Below, piece after piece: positions 11,364 to 20,336 of a stretch of 64,000 bases of DNA. Source of the DNA: Acidobacteriota bacterium (GTDB taxonomy: Bacteria; Acidobacteriota; Vicinamibacteria; Vicinamibacterales; UBA2999). Position 1 is the first letter of the stretch; every line of letters begins with the position of its first letter. Position numbers and translations under genes: made by a program. The stretch lies in contig JABFSA010000003.1 in the NCBI GenBank assembly GCA_013140775.1, forward strand, positions 12,704 to 76,703. The letters run 5' to 3'. The notes beneath the pieces were generated by a model. It was not told where the DNA came from. It made no database searches and was given only the letters and a program-made list of their open reading frames with translations.

Positions 11364-13385
11364 CTACATCATCGAAGGCACTTCGATGCCCATGAGGTCG
11401 AGTGTGCGGGTCAGCTGATCTCTGACATAGATGACGCCAGCGGCGCGCCATCGACGCACGTCATCGCGTTCCTCCTTGAGGATCTGGGCGCGGTGATAGA
11501 AGGCGTTGAATGCCTGTGCGAGCGAGAACGCATACTTGGCCAGCACGGAAAACTCGAGCGATCGAATGACGTGTTCAACTACTTCGTCCAGGCGCGCCGC
11601 CTCGAGGACGAGGGCCCAGAGTTCGTGGCTGCCGTTGTCGCCGGTCAGTTCGCCAGCTGGGACATCCTTCAGGGAGGACACGAGCGCCTGTTCGTCCAGG
11701 TGATCGCGCTCCTGAATCTTGCGGAAAATCCTGTTGGCGCGGACGACGGCGTACTGGACGTAGGGACCGCTTTCGCCCTCGAAGCTCAGTGCTTCCTCGA
11801 GGTCGAACACGATCATCTTTCCGCGCGAATACTTCATGAGGAAGTAGCGGACCGCGGCGATCCCGATCATCCTGGCCGTTCGGTCGCGCTCAGCTTCGCT
11901 GAGCTCAGGGTTTCGTCCAGCGACCTCGCGGCCCGCGTTACGTGTCAGGGTGTCGAGGAGGTCATCGGCTTTGACACCGAGACCCTTTCGGCCGGACACC
12001 TCGACAAAGGGACGCTTGGCCTCTTCTGAATTCGGATCGAGCACGTAGCCGAGCTCGCGCGCGGTCGCGTGCGACAGTGCCACTGTTTCGTACGAGAAGT
12101 GATGCGACCGCTCGGCGCCTTCGGGATGGCCCGCAGCCACCAGCGCCTGCTTCAGCAGCTTCTGCAGGTATGACTGGCGGACATCGATCACGTTGTAGAC
12201 GTAGCTGGCGCCGCCGAATGGCGGGTGATTGTGTTCGCCACCCGTCGAGCACGTCGCCCACAAGGGCCCTGAAGTCCGGTTTTCGAAGACCCGGTACTGA
12301 AAGTCTTTTCCAAGCAGCCCGAGCTTCCAGAACTGATACGCGATGTCCTTGCCCACATAGGTCACGACGCCATTCGAGCGGACGATGACCTTCTCGCGGG
12401 CTTCCGGATCTTCGGTGTCCCCCTCGGCAGTTGGCGTTCGGGATTCGGGATTCGCGGCTGGCGCCTCGGGATCCTCCTGGATGGGCATGACCCAGCAGCC
12501 CGCGAGCCGGCCTTCGGTCTGCAGATACACGGCGCCGCTCGCCTTCATGACCTCGAACGCCTGCGCCCAGAACTTCAAGCGCAGGATGTCGCCTTCCCAC
12601 GTCAACAGTTCATAGTCCACGTTCAGGCGGGCCATGGTTTTCAGGTGGCAGCGGACGATACGGTCAGCGATGAAGGCGCCAATCTCGGCGACATCAGTGC
12701 CACCGCTTTCGATGGCGTGCAGCGTGTCGGCGCGATGCTTGAGGCGCTCCTTGTCTCCGTCGTACCACTCGGTGACGCGCGCGTAGAGATCCCAGCAGAA
12801 ATAGTCGAACCTCGTGCTGTCGGCGATCGCACGAATCTCCGCAAGCGACTTTCCTTCGAGCACCCGGAAGCCGACGATGACGTCGGCCACCTGCACGCCG
12901 GTGTCGTCGATGTAGTTCTGTACCTCGACAGGCACCCCGCGAAAGCGAAGGACCCGGACGAGCGTGTCACCCAGTGCGGAATTTCGAAGATGGCCGATAT
13001 GTGCGGCCTTGTTCGGGTTGATTGCGGTGTGTTCGACGATGGCTTTCGCGGCCTGCCGGGGCGCCGGCTTTTCTGCATTCAGCCGGTCGAGTAGAAATCC
13101 GGGTCTTTCCAGAAAAACGTTCAGATAGCCGTTTGGTGCCGCGACGACACGCGTGATGCCGTCCAGGGTGCCGAATGCGGCCGCAATTTCCTGTGCGATG
13201 ACTTTTGGCGCTTTTCGGAGGCGACGCGCGAGGTCGAACGCGACGGGAGTTCCAAGGTCACCAAGATCGCGATTGGGCGGGTACTCGAGGACCAGCGATG
13301 GCGCGTCGGCGCCGGTGAGTGAGTACAGTTCGCCCAGGCGTTGCAGGAGGTGCGTGCGCACACGATCGTGAACGGGAAGAATCAT
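11364..13385 (-). CDS. argS: Arginine--tRNA ligase
   Basis: EHTAINPNKAAHIGHLRN, VIVRSNG, YNVIDVRQ, SGRKG and SFEGESGPYVQYA motifs plus a DALR C-terminus. Confidence 0.95.
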   Translation of the reverse strand: MILPVHDRVRTHLLQRLGELYSLTGADAPSLVLEYPPNRDLGDLGTPVAFDLARRLRKAPKVIAQEIAAAFGTLDGITRVVAAPNGYLNVFLERPGFLLDRLNAEKPAPRQAAKAIVEHTAINPNKAAHIGHLRNSALGDTLVRVLRFRGVPVEVQNYIDDTGVQVADVIVGFRVLEGKSLAEIRAIADSTRFDYFCWDLYARVTEWYDGDKERLKHRADTLHAIESGGTDVAEIGAFIADRIVRCHLKTMARLNVDYELLTWEGDILRLKFWAQAFEVMKASGAVYLQTEGRLAGCWVMPIQEDPEAPAANPESRTPTAEGDTEDPEAREKVIVRSNGVVTYVGKDIAYQFWKLGLLGKDFQYRVFENRTSGPLWATCSTGGEHNHPPFGGASYVYNVIDVRQSYLQKLLKQALVAAGHPEGAERSHHFSYETVALSHATARELGYVLDPNSEEAKRPFVEVSGRKGLGVKADDLLDTLTRNAGREVAGRNPELSEAERDRTARMIGIAAVRYFLMKYSRGKMIVFDLEEALSFEGESGPYVQYAVVRANRIFRKIQERDHLDEQALVSSLKDVPAGELTGDNGSHELWALVLEAARLDEVVEHVIRSLEFSVLAKYAFSLAQAFNAFYHRAQILKEERDDVRRWRAAGVIYVRDQLTRTLDLMGIEVPSMM
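12436..12456. repeat. GGATTCG heptamer tandem repeat inside argS
   Basis: gttcgggattcgggattcgcg encodes part of the low-complexity loop APAANPESRTPTAEGD. The same unit occurs at 13399 and 32379. Confidence 0.65.
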
Positions 13386-13398
13386 TGGCCTCGATTGA

Positions 13399-13426
13399 CT
13401 CGGGATTCGGGATTCGCGATTCGCGA
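13399..13426. repeat. Heptamer tandem array (GGATTCG/CGATTCG x4) in the argS 5' region
   Basis: ctcgggattcgggattcgcgattcgcga read directly from the sequence. Confidence 0.8.
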
Positions 13427-13678
13427 CTTTGCATGCAAAGACGCGAATCGAGTAGCGGTCAAGTATTTCGCGCGTGCTAGGCTCTTCATGCGCCTCAATG
13501 TGCCTGAATCTTTCTGCACGCGGCGGCGATTCCTGCCGCGGTGGACTGCACTTCGAGCCTGTCCACGCCGACGATCAGTATGTGGGACGTGAGACTGTGC
13601 AAGAGCGACAACTTCCGTTCGAGGATCGAACGAATGCCCGCGAGGATAGCTGCTGTCCAGGGAATGTCTCATTAGAGC

Positions 13679-14263
13679 ATGACTGAGGGGGGCATAGGAC
13701 GACTGCTGGTGGCCAGCCTGCACCAGGGAGTCGCGGATCTCCTGCCGTCGCGTCAGGACTTCTACGCGGCATGGCTGAATCCCGCGAATCTTCGTGCCGG
13801 GCGGATCGGACTCGCGCCGCTCGCGGCCGTGTTGAGTTTTCTCCGACAAGAGGGGCTCCCGTACACGCTGGTCACCGCGCGTGCAGGGGAGTATGCCGCC
13901 GAGTGGACCGTTGGAGGGCTGTCGGATCTGAAGCGCCGGCTGATTCACGCGGCGCCTCCACCCTTGCGGATGGTCCTCGTCGGATGGATTGCCCGGAGTC
14001 TGGTGCGCAACACCTACCGTCCAAGCCGCATGGAATTGCGCTGGAAGTCAGGCAGGGGCGAGGCCGTTATCCAGGGGTCCATCTTCTGTGAGGTCCGCGA
14101 CCCGGTCGAATTGCCGCTCTGCGAGTACTACGCGTCGGCCATCCGGCGATTGATGCAGCTGTTCAATCTGCAGGCTGAGGTCGTCATCGAGCACTGCCGT
14201 GGTGTCGAGGCCGGCGAGTGCCGTCTGGCGGTTCTGGTTCAGCCGTCACCCGTCCAAGCCTGA
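13679..14263 (+). CDS. Hypothetical protein with a V4R-like C-terminal domain
   Basis: The Cys pattern FCE...PLCEYYASAIRRLMQLF...IEHCRGVEAGEC matches the V4R (4-vinyl reductase-like, small-ligand-binding) layout. Confidence 0.6.
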   Translation: MTEGGIGRLLVASLHQGVADLLPSRQDFYAAWLNPANLRAGRIGLAPLAAVLSFLRQEGLPYTLVTARAGEYAAEWTVGGLSDLKRRLIHAAPPPLRMVLVGWIARSLVRNTYRPSRMELRWKSGRGEAVIQGSIFCEVRDPVELPLCEYYASAIRRLMQLFNLQAEVVIEHCRGVEAGECRLAVLVQPSPVQA

Positions 14264-14333
14264 TCCCTTCCTGGCGCCCCCCAGATCCGGAGGCCGTCCC
14301 CGACGCCACGCGCCTGTCGTTTGTGAACAAGTG

Positions 14334-14342
14334 TGCTAAACT
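14334..14342 (+). promoter_or_regulatory. Extended -10 promoter element upstream of the SPOR gene
   Basis: TG-c-TAAACT 16 nt before ATG 14359; no convincing -35. Confidence 0.35.
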
Positions 14343-14358
14343 GTGCACCGTTTAAACC

Positions 14359-15057
14359 ATGGCAGACGAAGGAGTTCGCGAGATCCAGCTGGACGGTAAG
14401 CAGCTCGTGTTCCTTTTCATGTCCGCGACGGTCGTCGCGGTCGTCATCTTCCTGTGTGGCGTGATGGTTGGACGCGGCGCTCCCCTTCGTGTTGGGCAGG
14501 GCGTCAGCGCTGAAGAGTTTGGGCTCGACCCCACGGTGCGCCCGGAGGATCCAGGCGCTCAGCTCTCGGCCAATGCCGATGGTCCTGTCGCGTCCAACGA
14601 AAATCTCTCGTACAACGCCCTGCTCGATGGCAGAGGATCGTCAGTCGATACGTTGACCCCTCCGTCGGAATCTCCCGAGCCGTCTCCGGCGGAACCTGTT
14701 GAGCCGCCGTCGAAGACGCCCGCAGCAAGTTCACCCAAGCCAGCCGCAACCGGGCCACCTCGTTCTGCGAATGTGCCACCTTCGCGCGCGGTAGCTCCTG
14801 TGGCGCCAGCGGCCGCCAGATCACTGGCCGAGCCCAAAGGTAGCGGCTACGTTGTGCAGGTCGCCGCAGTGCCGAAGAGGGAAGAAGCAAACGCCATCGC
14901 CAGACGGTTGGGCAGCAAGGGGTACCCGGCGTTTGTCACGACGTCCGGATCGAATTTCCGCGTGCGCGTTGGTAAGTACCCGAATCGCCGTGAAGCCGAT
15001 GCCGTGGCGAACAAGCTTGAACGCGAAGAGCGCATCGAGCCCTGGGTCACCCGATAG
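14359..15057 (+). CDS. SPOR-domain cell-division protein (FtsN/DedD-like)
   Basis: Single N-terminal TM helix, Pro-rich linker, and C-terminal SPOR domain (GYVVQVAA...FRVRVGKYPNRREA). Confidence 0.88.
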   Translation: MADEGVREIQLDGKQLVFLFMSATVVAVVIFLCGVMVGRGAPLRVGQGVSAEEFGLDPTVRPEDPGAQLSANADGPVASNENLSYNALLDGRGSSVDTLTPPSESPEPSPAEPVEPPSKTPAASSPKPAATGPPRSANVPPSRAVAPVAPAAARSLAEPKGSGYVVQVAAVPKREEANAIARRLGSKGYPAFVTTSGSNFRVRVGKYPNRREADAVANKLEREERIEPWVTR

Positions 15058-15138
15058 TCTGGCGTTTCACGCCTCTCGTTTCAGCCTCCTCATCACCTCA
15101 TCACACGATCTGGGCTCGCCTGAAGCCGAGCACTACGC

Positions 15139-16719
15139 TTGCAGCAATTGAACGACAATAGCGTGTTGGCTTACGTCCTTGCGATCGTGTCGGGCATTCT
15201 GCTCGCCCTCAGTTTTCCTCGCTTCGGACATCCCGCGTTCGCGTGGATCGCGCTCGTTCCCCTGACCGTTGCGCTCACTGGGTGGCGCGGTGTCCCAGGC
15301 GTGCGCGCGTTGCCGGGGCAGCCTCCGCTCCGTGCATTTGCGCTTGGTCTGACGACGGGGATCTTGTACTTCGTGGGCACGGTCTACTGGACAGGAACTG
15401 TCGTGCGGACATTTGGTGGGCTCGCGATGCCCGTGGCCGTGCTGGCGATGCTGCTTCTGGCGTCGTATCTCGCGCTCTTTCCAGCGGTGACGGCGCTGAT
15501 CACGTCGCGTCTCGTACGTCGCGTCGGCGTGGGGGCAATCCTGTTCATGCCCGCTGCCTGGGTGTCCACCGAGTTTGCGCGGGGCTATCTGTTTGGCGGA
15601 TTCCCCTGGGTGCCGCTTGGTAACAGCCAGGTCACCGTGCTTTCGGTTGCGCAGCTGGCGAGTGTGTTCGGTGTGTACGGACTGTCTGCACTGGTCGCGA
15701 TCGTGAACGCCGGGATCGCCTACGCGGTGTTGGCTCATGGCCGCGCGCGAGCCGTCGCGATTGTAGCGACAGCTGTGCTCCTCATCGTCGTTGCCGGTTG
15801 GGGGGGCGCCCGTGTAGCCGACGGGTCGCTCACGAAGGAAGGGACGCCGCTTAGGGTCGGGCTCATTCAAGCCAACATCGCGCAGATCGACAAGTGGAAT
15901 CCGCGCGAGGCGCGACGGATCATCACGACGTATGTCGCCATGACGCGCGACGCCGTGAGCCGGGGTGCTGAGTTCGTGATCTGGCCCGAGTCGTCTACGC
16001 CGTTCATGTTCGAGGAAGATGACGCCGGCGAGGCGATCGTGCGCGATCTCGCTCGTGAGGTGGGTGTCCCGTTGCTGTTCGGCAGCGACCAGGTCGAGCG
16101 GACGCCGCAGAGGACGCGGTTGTTCAACGCGGCGTTCGTGTTGTCACCGACCGGCGAGACCACGGGGGTGTACCGCAAGATTCACCTCGTACCCTTCGGC
16201 GAGTTCATCCCGCTGAAGAATCTGCTGTATTTCGTGTCGCCGCTCGTCGAGCGTCTGACCGACTTTTCTCCTGGCACGTCGGTCGTGATGCTCCCCGTTG
16301 GAGATCGGGTGATCAGCACGGCGATCTGCTACGAAGTGGTGTACCCGTCGCTCATCCGGGAGGCGGTTGCTGGCGGCAGCCAATTGCTGACCACCGTGAC
16401 GAATGATGCGTGGTACGGGGAATCATCCGCGCCGCACCAGCACTTCGCCCTCGCGTCGATGCGCGCGATCGAGCAGGGGCGGTATCTGGCCCGCGCGGCG
16501 AACACCGGGATCAGCGGTGTGATCGATCCGTATGGCCGCGTCGTGGTTCAGTCTGCCATCTTCGAGCAAGCCGGGCTCGTCGAGGATGTGCGGCTGCTGA
16601 CCGGTCGCACGATCTATTCGAGGATTGGCGATGCCGTTGCCTATTTCGCGATTGCGGTCACGATCATCGCGCTGCTGATGTTTCGCGCGAGCGGGTCTCG
16701 ACCGGTACGTTACTCATAG
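15139..16719 (+). CDS. lnt: Apolipoprotein N-acyltransferase
   Basis: Multi-TM N-terminus, GGFPW, WPESS, KIHLVPFGEFIP, ICYEVVYP, TNDAWYG and RAANTGIS motifs. TTG start is uncertain. Confidence 0.93.
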   Translation: MQQLNDNSVLAYVLAIVSGILLALSFPRFGHPAFAWIALVPLTVALTGWRGVPGVRALPGQPPLRAFALGLTTGILYFVGTVYWTGTVVRTFGGLAMPVAVLAMLLLASYLALFPAVTALITSRLVRRVGVGAILFMPAAWVSTEFARGYLFGGFPWVPLGNSQVTVLSVAQLASVFGVYGLSALVAIVNAGIAYAVLAHGRARAVAIVATAVLLIVVAGWGGARVADGSLTKEGTPLRVGLIQANIAQIDKWNPREARRIITTYVAMTRDAVSRGAEFVIWPESSTPFMFEEDDAGEAIVRDLAREVGVPLLFGSDQVERTPQRTRLFNAAFVLSPTGETTGVYRKIHLVPFGEFIPLKNLLYFVSPLVERLTDFSPGTSVVMLPVGDRVISTAICYEVVYPSLIREAVAGGSQLLTTVTNDAWYGESSAPHQHFALASMRAIEQGRYLARAANTGISGVIDPYGRVVVQSAIFEQAGLVEDVRLLTGRTIYSRIGDAVAYFAIAVTIIALLMFRASGSRPVRYS

Positions 16720-16736
16720 CGCTCTGAGGAACCTGC

Positions 16737-17874
16737 ATGGCGGTTGAACTGGAAGATCTGGTACGGCGGTATGACGATCTCGGTCGAAGGGCCGGAGAAC
16801 TGCGGAGGCATCTTTGAGGGGGCCAGGCTCGACGAGCAACTCGCCGAGGTGGAGCAGCGCATAGGCGCGGCGGACTTCTGGAGTAACCAAACCGAAGCCC
16901 AGAAGGTGATGCAGCGGCGTCGTCGGCTCGAAGAAGACCGGACGCTGCAGCAGTCACTTCGCACGCGGTCCGACGACATCGGAGTGCTGTTCGAGTGGGC
17001 CAACGCCGGTGAAGACGTGAGCGGCGACCTGATACGTGGCCTGGACGAGCTTCAGCAGGAAGTGGAAAGCGCCGAGACCAAAAAGATGCTCGGTGGTGAA
17101 TACGATCGCACCAACGCCATCGTCACGATCCATCCGGGCGCCGGCGGTACCGAGTCGCAGGACTGGGCAGAGATGCTCCTGCGCATGTACCTGAAGTGGA
17201 TTGAGCGGCGCGGGTTCAAGCGGGAAGTCATCGACTACCAGCCGGGTGACGAAGCGGGTCTCAAGAGCGTCACATTTCTTCTGTCCGGCGACTACGCCTT
17301 CGGGTTGATGACAGCAGAAGCGGGCGTACACCGGCTGGTACGGATTTCCCCGTTCGATCAGGCTGCGCGGCGGCACACCTCGTTTGCGTCTGTCTTTGTC
17401 TATCCTGAGTTGCCCGAAGACGCCGACATCGAGATTGACGAGAAAGATCTTCGAATCGATACGTATCGATCGAGCGGAGCGGGGGGGCAGCACGTCAACG
17501 TCACCGACTCCGCGGTTCGTCTGACGCATTTGCCGACCGGCATGGTAGTCTCCTGCCAGAACGAACGGTCGCAGCACAAGAACAAAGCGTCGGCGATGCG
17601 GGTGTTGAAGTCGCGTCTCTTTGATCTGAAGCTCAAGGAGCAGCAGGCCAAGCTCGATTCGATCGCCGGCGCCAAGAAGGACATCGGGTTCGGAAGCCAG
17701 ATTCGCAGCTACGTGCTGCAGCCGTATCAGATGATCAAGGATCACCGCACGAAGATGGAGGTTGGCGATGTCCATCGCGTCCTCGACGGTGATCTCGACC
17801 CGTTCATCAAGACGTATCTGATGCAGAAGGCCAGCGGGACACTCGGTGCACCCGCGGCCGCCGACGAAGACTGA
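16737..17874 (+). CDS. prfB: Peptide chain release factor 2 with programmed +1 frameshift
   Basis: ORF1 ATG 16737 (MAVELEDLVRRY...RRHL) ends CTT TGA at 16812-16817 with GGAGG just upstream. The +1 frame continues EGARLDEQ... with SPF and GAGGQHVN motifs. Confidence 0.95.
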
Positions 17875-17886
17875 AGGAGCACCCCC

Positions 17887-19842
17887 ATGCTGCGCTGGCT
17901 GTTGAGTTCTCGCGTGCCGGTTCATCGTTGGATACGCGTCACCGCGGTGCTGGCGGGGCTCGCCGTCGTGGCGCCGGCGTTGGCCCGTGCCGAGGTCACG
18001 CGGATCGAGATCACCAGCCGCGCCGACCTGGCGTTTGCCGGCTACGAGAAGATCGTCGGACGCGTGTTCTTTGCCGTGGATCCGGCGGATCCACGCAACA
18101 TGATCGTGGCCGACATCGACAAGGCGCCGCGCAACGCGATGGGACGCGTCGAGTTCTCCTCCGACTTCGAGTTGGTCCGTCCGAAGGCCAACGGCAACGG
18201 CGTCCTGCTCGTTGACATCGTCAATCGCGGTGGCAAGACCGTTCTCCCCAATTTCAATCGCGCGGGCGGCCGCGATCCCGATGTCGGCGACGGGTTCCTG
18301 CTTCGTCGCGGCTTCACCGTGGCCTCAGTCGGATGGGAGTTCGACGTCCCGGCCGGGAGGGGCCTCATTCGCATCGAGGTGCCCGTCGCTCGCGATGTTG
18401 ACGCGCCGATCACTGGCATCGTCCGTGCCTCGTTCACGCCAGCCGAGCCGGGTCCATTCCTGGTCGGAGACCTCGCGGCGTATGCACCACTGGATCCGGC
18501 AGGTGAGGAGTCGTTGCTCACCGTTCGGGATCAGATGGAGGGCGTACGCGAAACCATCCCGCGTGATCGATGGACGCTGACAGGGGCGACCGTCAATCTG
18601 CAGGGCGGGTTCACGCCGGGTCGGATATACGAGTTGTCGTTCCGGGCCGCGAATCCGCCCGTCGCAGGTCTCGGATTCATCGCTGTCAGGGATTTCGCGA
18701 CCTGGGTCAAACACGAACCAGGTGCGATCACGAGTGCTCGCTACGCCTACGCGTTCGGCAATTCCCAGAGCGGGCGATTCCTGCGTACCTTCCTCTACCA
18801 GGGCTTCAACAGCGACGAGCGTGGCCGGCAGGTGCTGGACGCGACGTTGATCAACATCGCCGGAGCGGCCCGCCTCGATTTGAACAGGCGCTGGGCCACG
18901 CCCACCACGGCTTCGGCCCCGGCGACGCAGTTCCCGTTTGCCGACACGGCGCAGGTCGATCCGGTCAGCGGGCTCACAGAGGGCCTCCTCGACAATCCGC
19001 GTGCTGCCCAGTGGCAGCCGAAGATCTTTTACTCGAACACGGGCGTCGAGTACTGGAGCAGTTCCAGCCGCGCCGCGGCGCTGACGCACACGACGCCGGA
19101 TGGATCCCGGGACCTCGAGTTTCCGGAGAATGTGCGGTCGTATTTCCTGGCGGGAGCACAACACAGTCCCGGCGCGTTTCCACCGGTGCAGGGCCTTGGG
19201 CAGCAGTTGGGGAATCCGCTCGATTACTGGTGGACCTTGCGCGCGCTCCTTGTCGCGATGGACCAATGGGTACGCGAGGGTGTCGCTCCACCGCCGAGTC
19301 AATACCCGCGGCTCGATCAGGGGACGCTTGTGGCGTCCACCCACGCGGCGTTCCCCGCTATTCCCGGCGTTCAATCTCCGCGTGAGATTCGACCTGCCGC
19401 GCGTACGTTCAATACATTGTTCGAGGGCGGCGCCGGTGCGGGTACGACGCTGCCGATGCTCGTGCCACAGGTCGATTCGGACGGGAATGAGCTCGCCGGC
19501 ATCCGCTTGCCAGACCTTGCGGTTCCGCTTGCGACGTACACAGGATGGAACTTCCGGAAGCCAGAGATTGGCGGGACGCATCTCGTCGTGTCGCTTCTCG
19601 GCTCTTACATCCCGCTCTCTCGTTCCGCGAGAGAGCGGGAAGCCCGCAGGGATCCCCGTCTCTCGATTGAAGAGCGCTATCGTGGAAGAGAGGCGTATCT
19701 GACTCGTGTGAAGGACGCCTCGAACACCCTTGTCAGGGACCGCTACCTGCTGGCTGAAGACGTGGACTCGATCATGAGACGCACCACGGACCACTGGGCC
19801 CGTCTCATGCCGTCCCCCAACGGATCGACGGCTTCGCGATAA
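17887..19842 (+). CDS. Secreted alpha/beta-hydrolase-domain protein (Abhydrolase_10-like)
   Basis: Signal peptide ending ARA-E; FGNSQSGRFLR nucleophile elbow, PKIFYSNTGVEYW, and VPQVDSDGNELAGIRLP motifs. Confidence 0.8.
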   Translation: MLRWLLSSRVPVHRWIRVTAVLAGLAVVAPALARAEVTRIEITSRADLAFAGYEKIVGRVFFAVDPADPRNMIVADIDKAPRNAMGRVEFSSDFELVRPKANGNGVLLVDIVNRGGKTVLPNFNRAGGRDPDVGDGFLLRRGFTVASVGWEFDVPAGRGLIRIEVPVARDVDAPITGIVRASFTPAEPGPFLVGDLAAYAPLDPAGEESLLTVRDQMEGVRETIPRDRWTLTGATVNLQGGFTPGRIYELSFRAANPPVAGLGFIAVRDFATWVKHEPGAITSARYAYAFGNSQSGRFLRTFLYQGFNSDERGRQVLDATLINIAGAARLDLNRRWATPTTASAPATQFPFADTAQVDPVSGLTEGLLDNPRAAQWQPKIFYSNTGVEYWSSSSRAAALTHTTPDGSRDLEFPENVRSYFLAGAQHSPGAFPPVQGLGQQLGNPLDYWWTLRALLVAMDQWVREGVAPPPSQYPRLDQGTLVASTHAAFPAIPGVQSPREIRPAARTFNTLFEGGAGAGTTLPMLVPQVDSDGNELAGIRLPDLAVPLATYTGWNFRKPEIGGTHLVVSLLGSYIPLSRSAREREARRDPRLSIEERYRGREAYLTRVKDASNTLVRDRYLLAEDVDSIMRRTTDHWARLMPSPNGSTASR

Positions 19843-20004
19843 ATTCCGCGAGGCGCAGGAGAATTTCCGCCATTCGTGCGGGAGTGCCGCGAAGCGAACC
19901 CGGTAATCAGGTGTCTCCCGACTACCCCATATGCGGCATTGCGCTTGCTGTGGTAGAGGCGTCTAATGGTCACAGCACGGCTCGGGGCCGCGAGGAGGGT
20001 CGTC

Positions 20005-20235
20005 ATGATTCGCGCGCTGCTGCATTCCGCTGATCGCTTCGTCGAGTCCGGTGGTGGTTGGGAAATCCTGGCTCTCGACGGAATCCTGCTCATACCGCTT
20101 GTGTTTGCCGGGTTCTTTTTCCCGGTGCCGTTCCTGATTGGAACGGTGATCCTTGCAGTTCTAGCCGCGGGCACGTTTGGGGTCGTTCGGCTGATGCACT
20201 GGCACCATCATCCACACACGCCCGGTATCACGTAG
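20005..20235 (+). CDS. Small membrane protein (76 aa) with a His-rich C-terminus
   Basis: GAGGAGG RBS before ATG 20005; two hydrophobic segments; ends MHWHHHPHTPGIT. Confidence 0.55.
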   Translation: MIRALLHSADRFVESGGGWEILALDGILLIPLVFAGFFFPVPFLIGTVILAVLAAGTFGVVRLMHWHHHPHTPGIT

Positions 20236-20336
20236 AAGATAAAAGGGTGGGTCCGCCTCGCGGTACCCGCCCTGCTGAGCTGTTCGCGTAGGCCCGGGTC
20301 CGGGTCCTTCGCCTGGCTCAGGACGCCCCGAGCGCG

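Noticed and set aside
13474-13686. 70-aa Cys-containing ORF in the argS/V4R divergent region (RiPP precursor?)
   Set aside because: No RBS, no modifying enzymes nearby, and it occupies the expected divergent promoter region.
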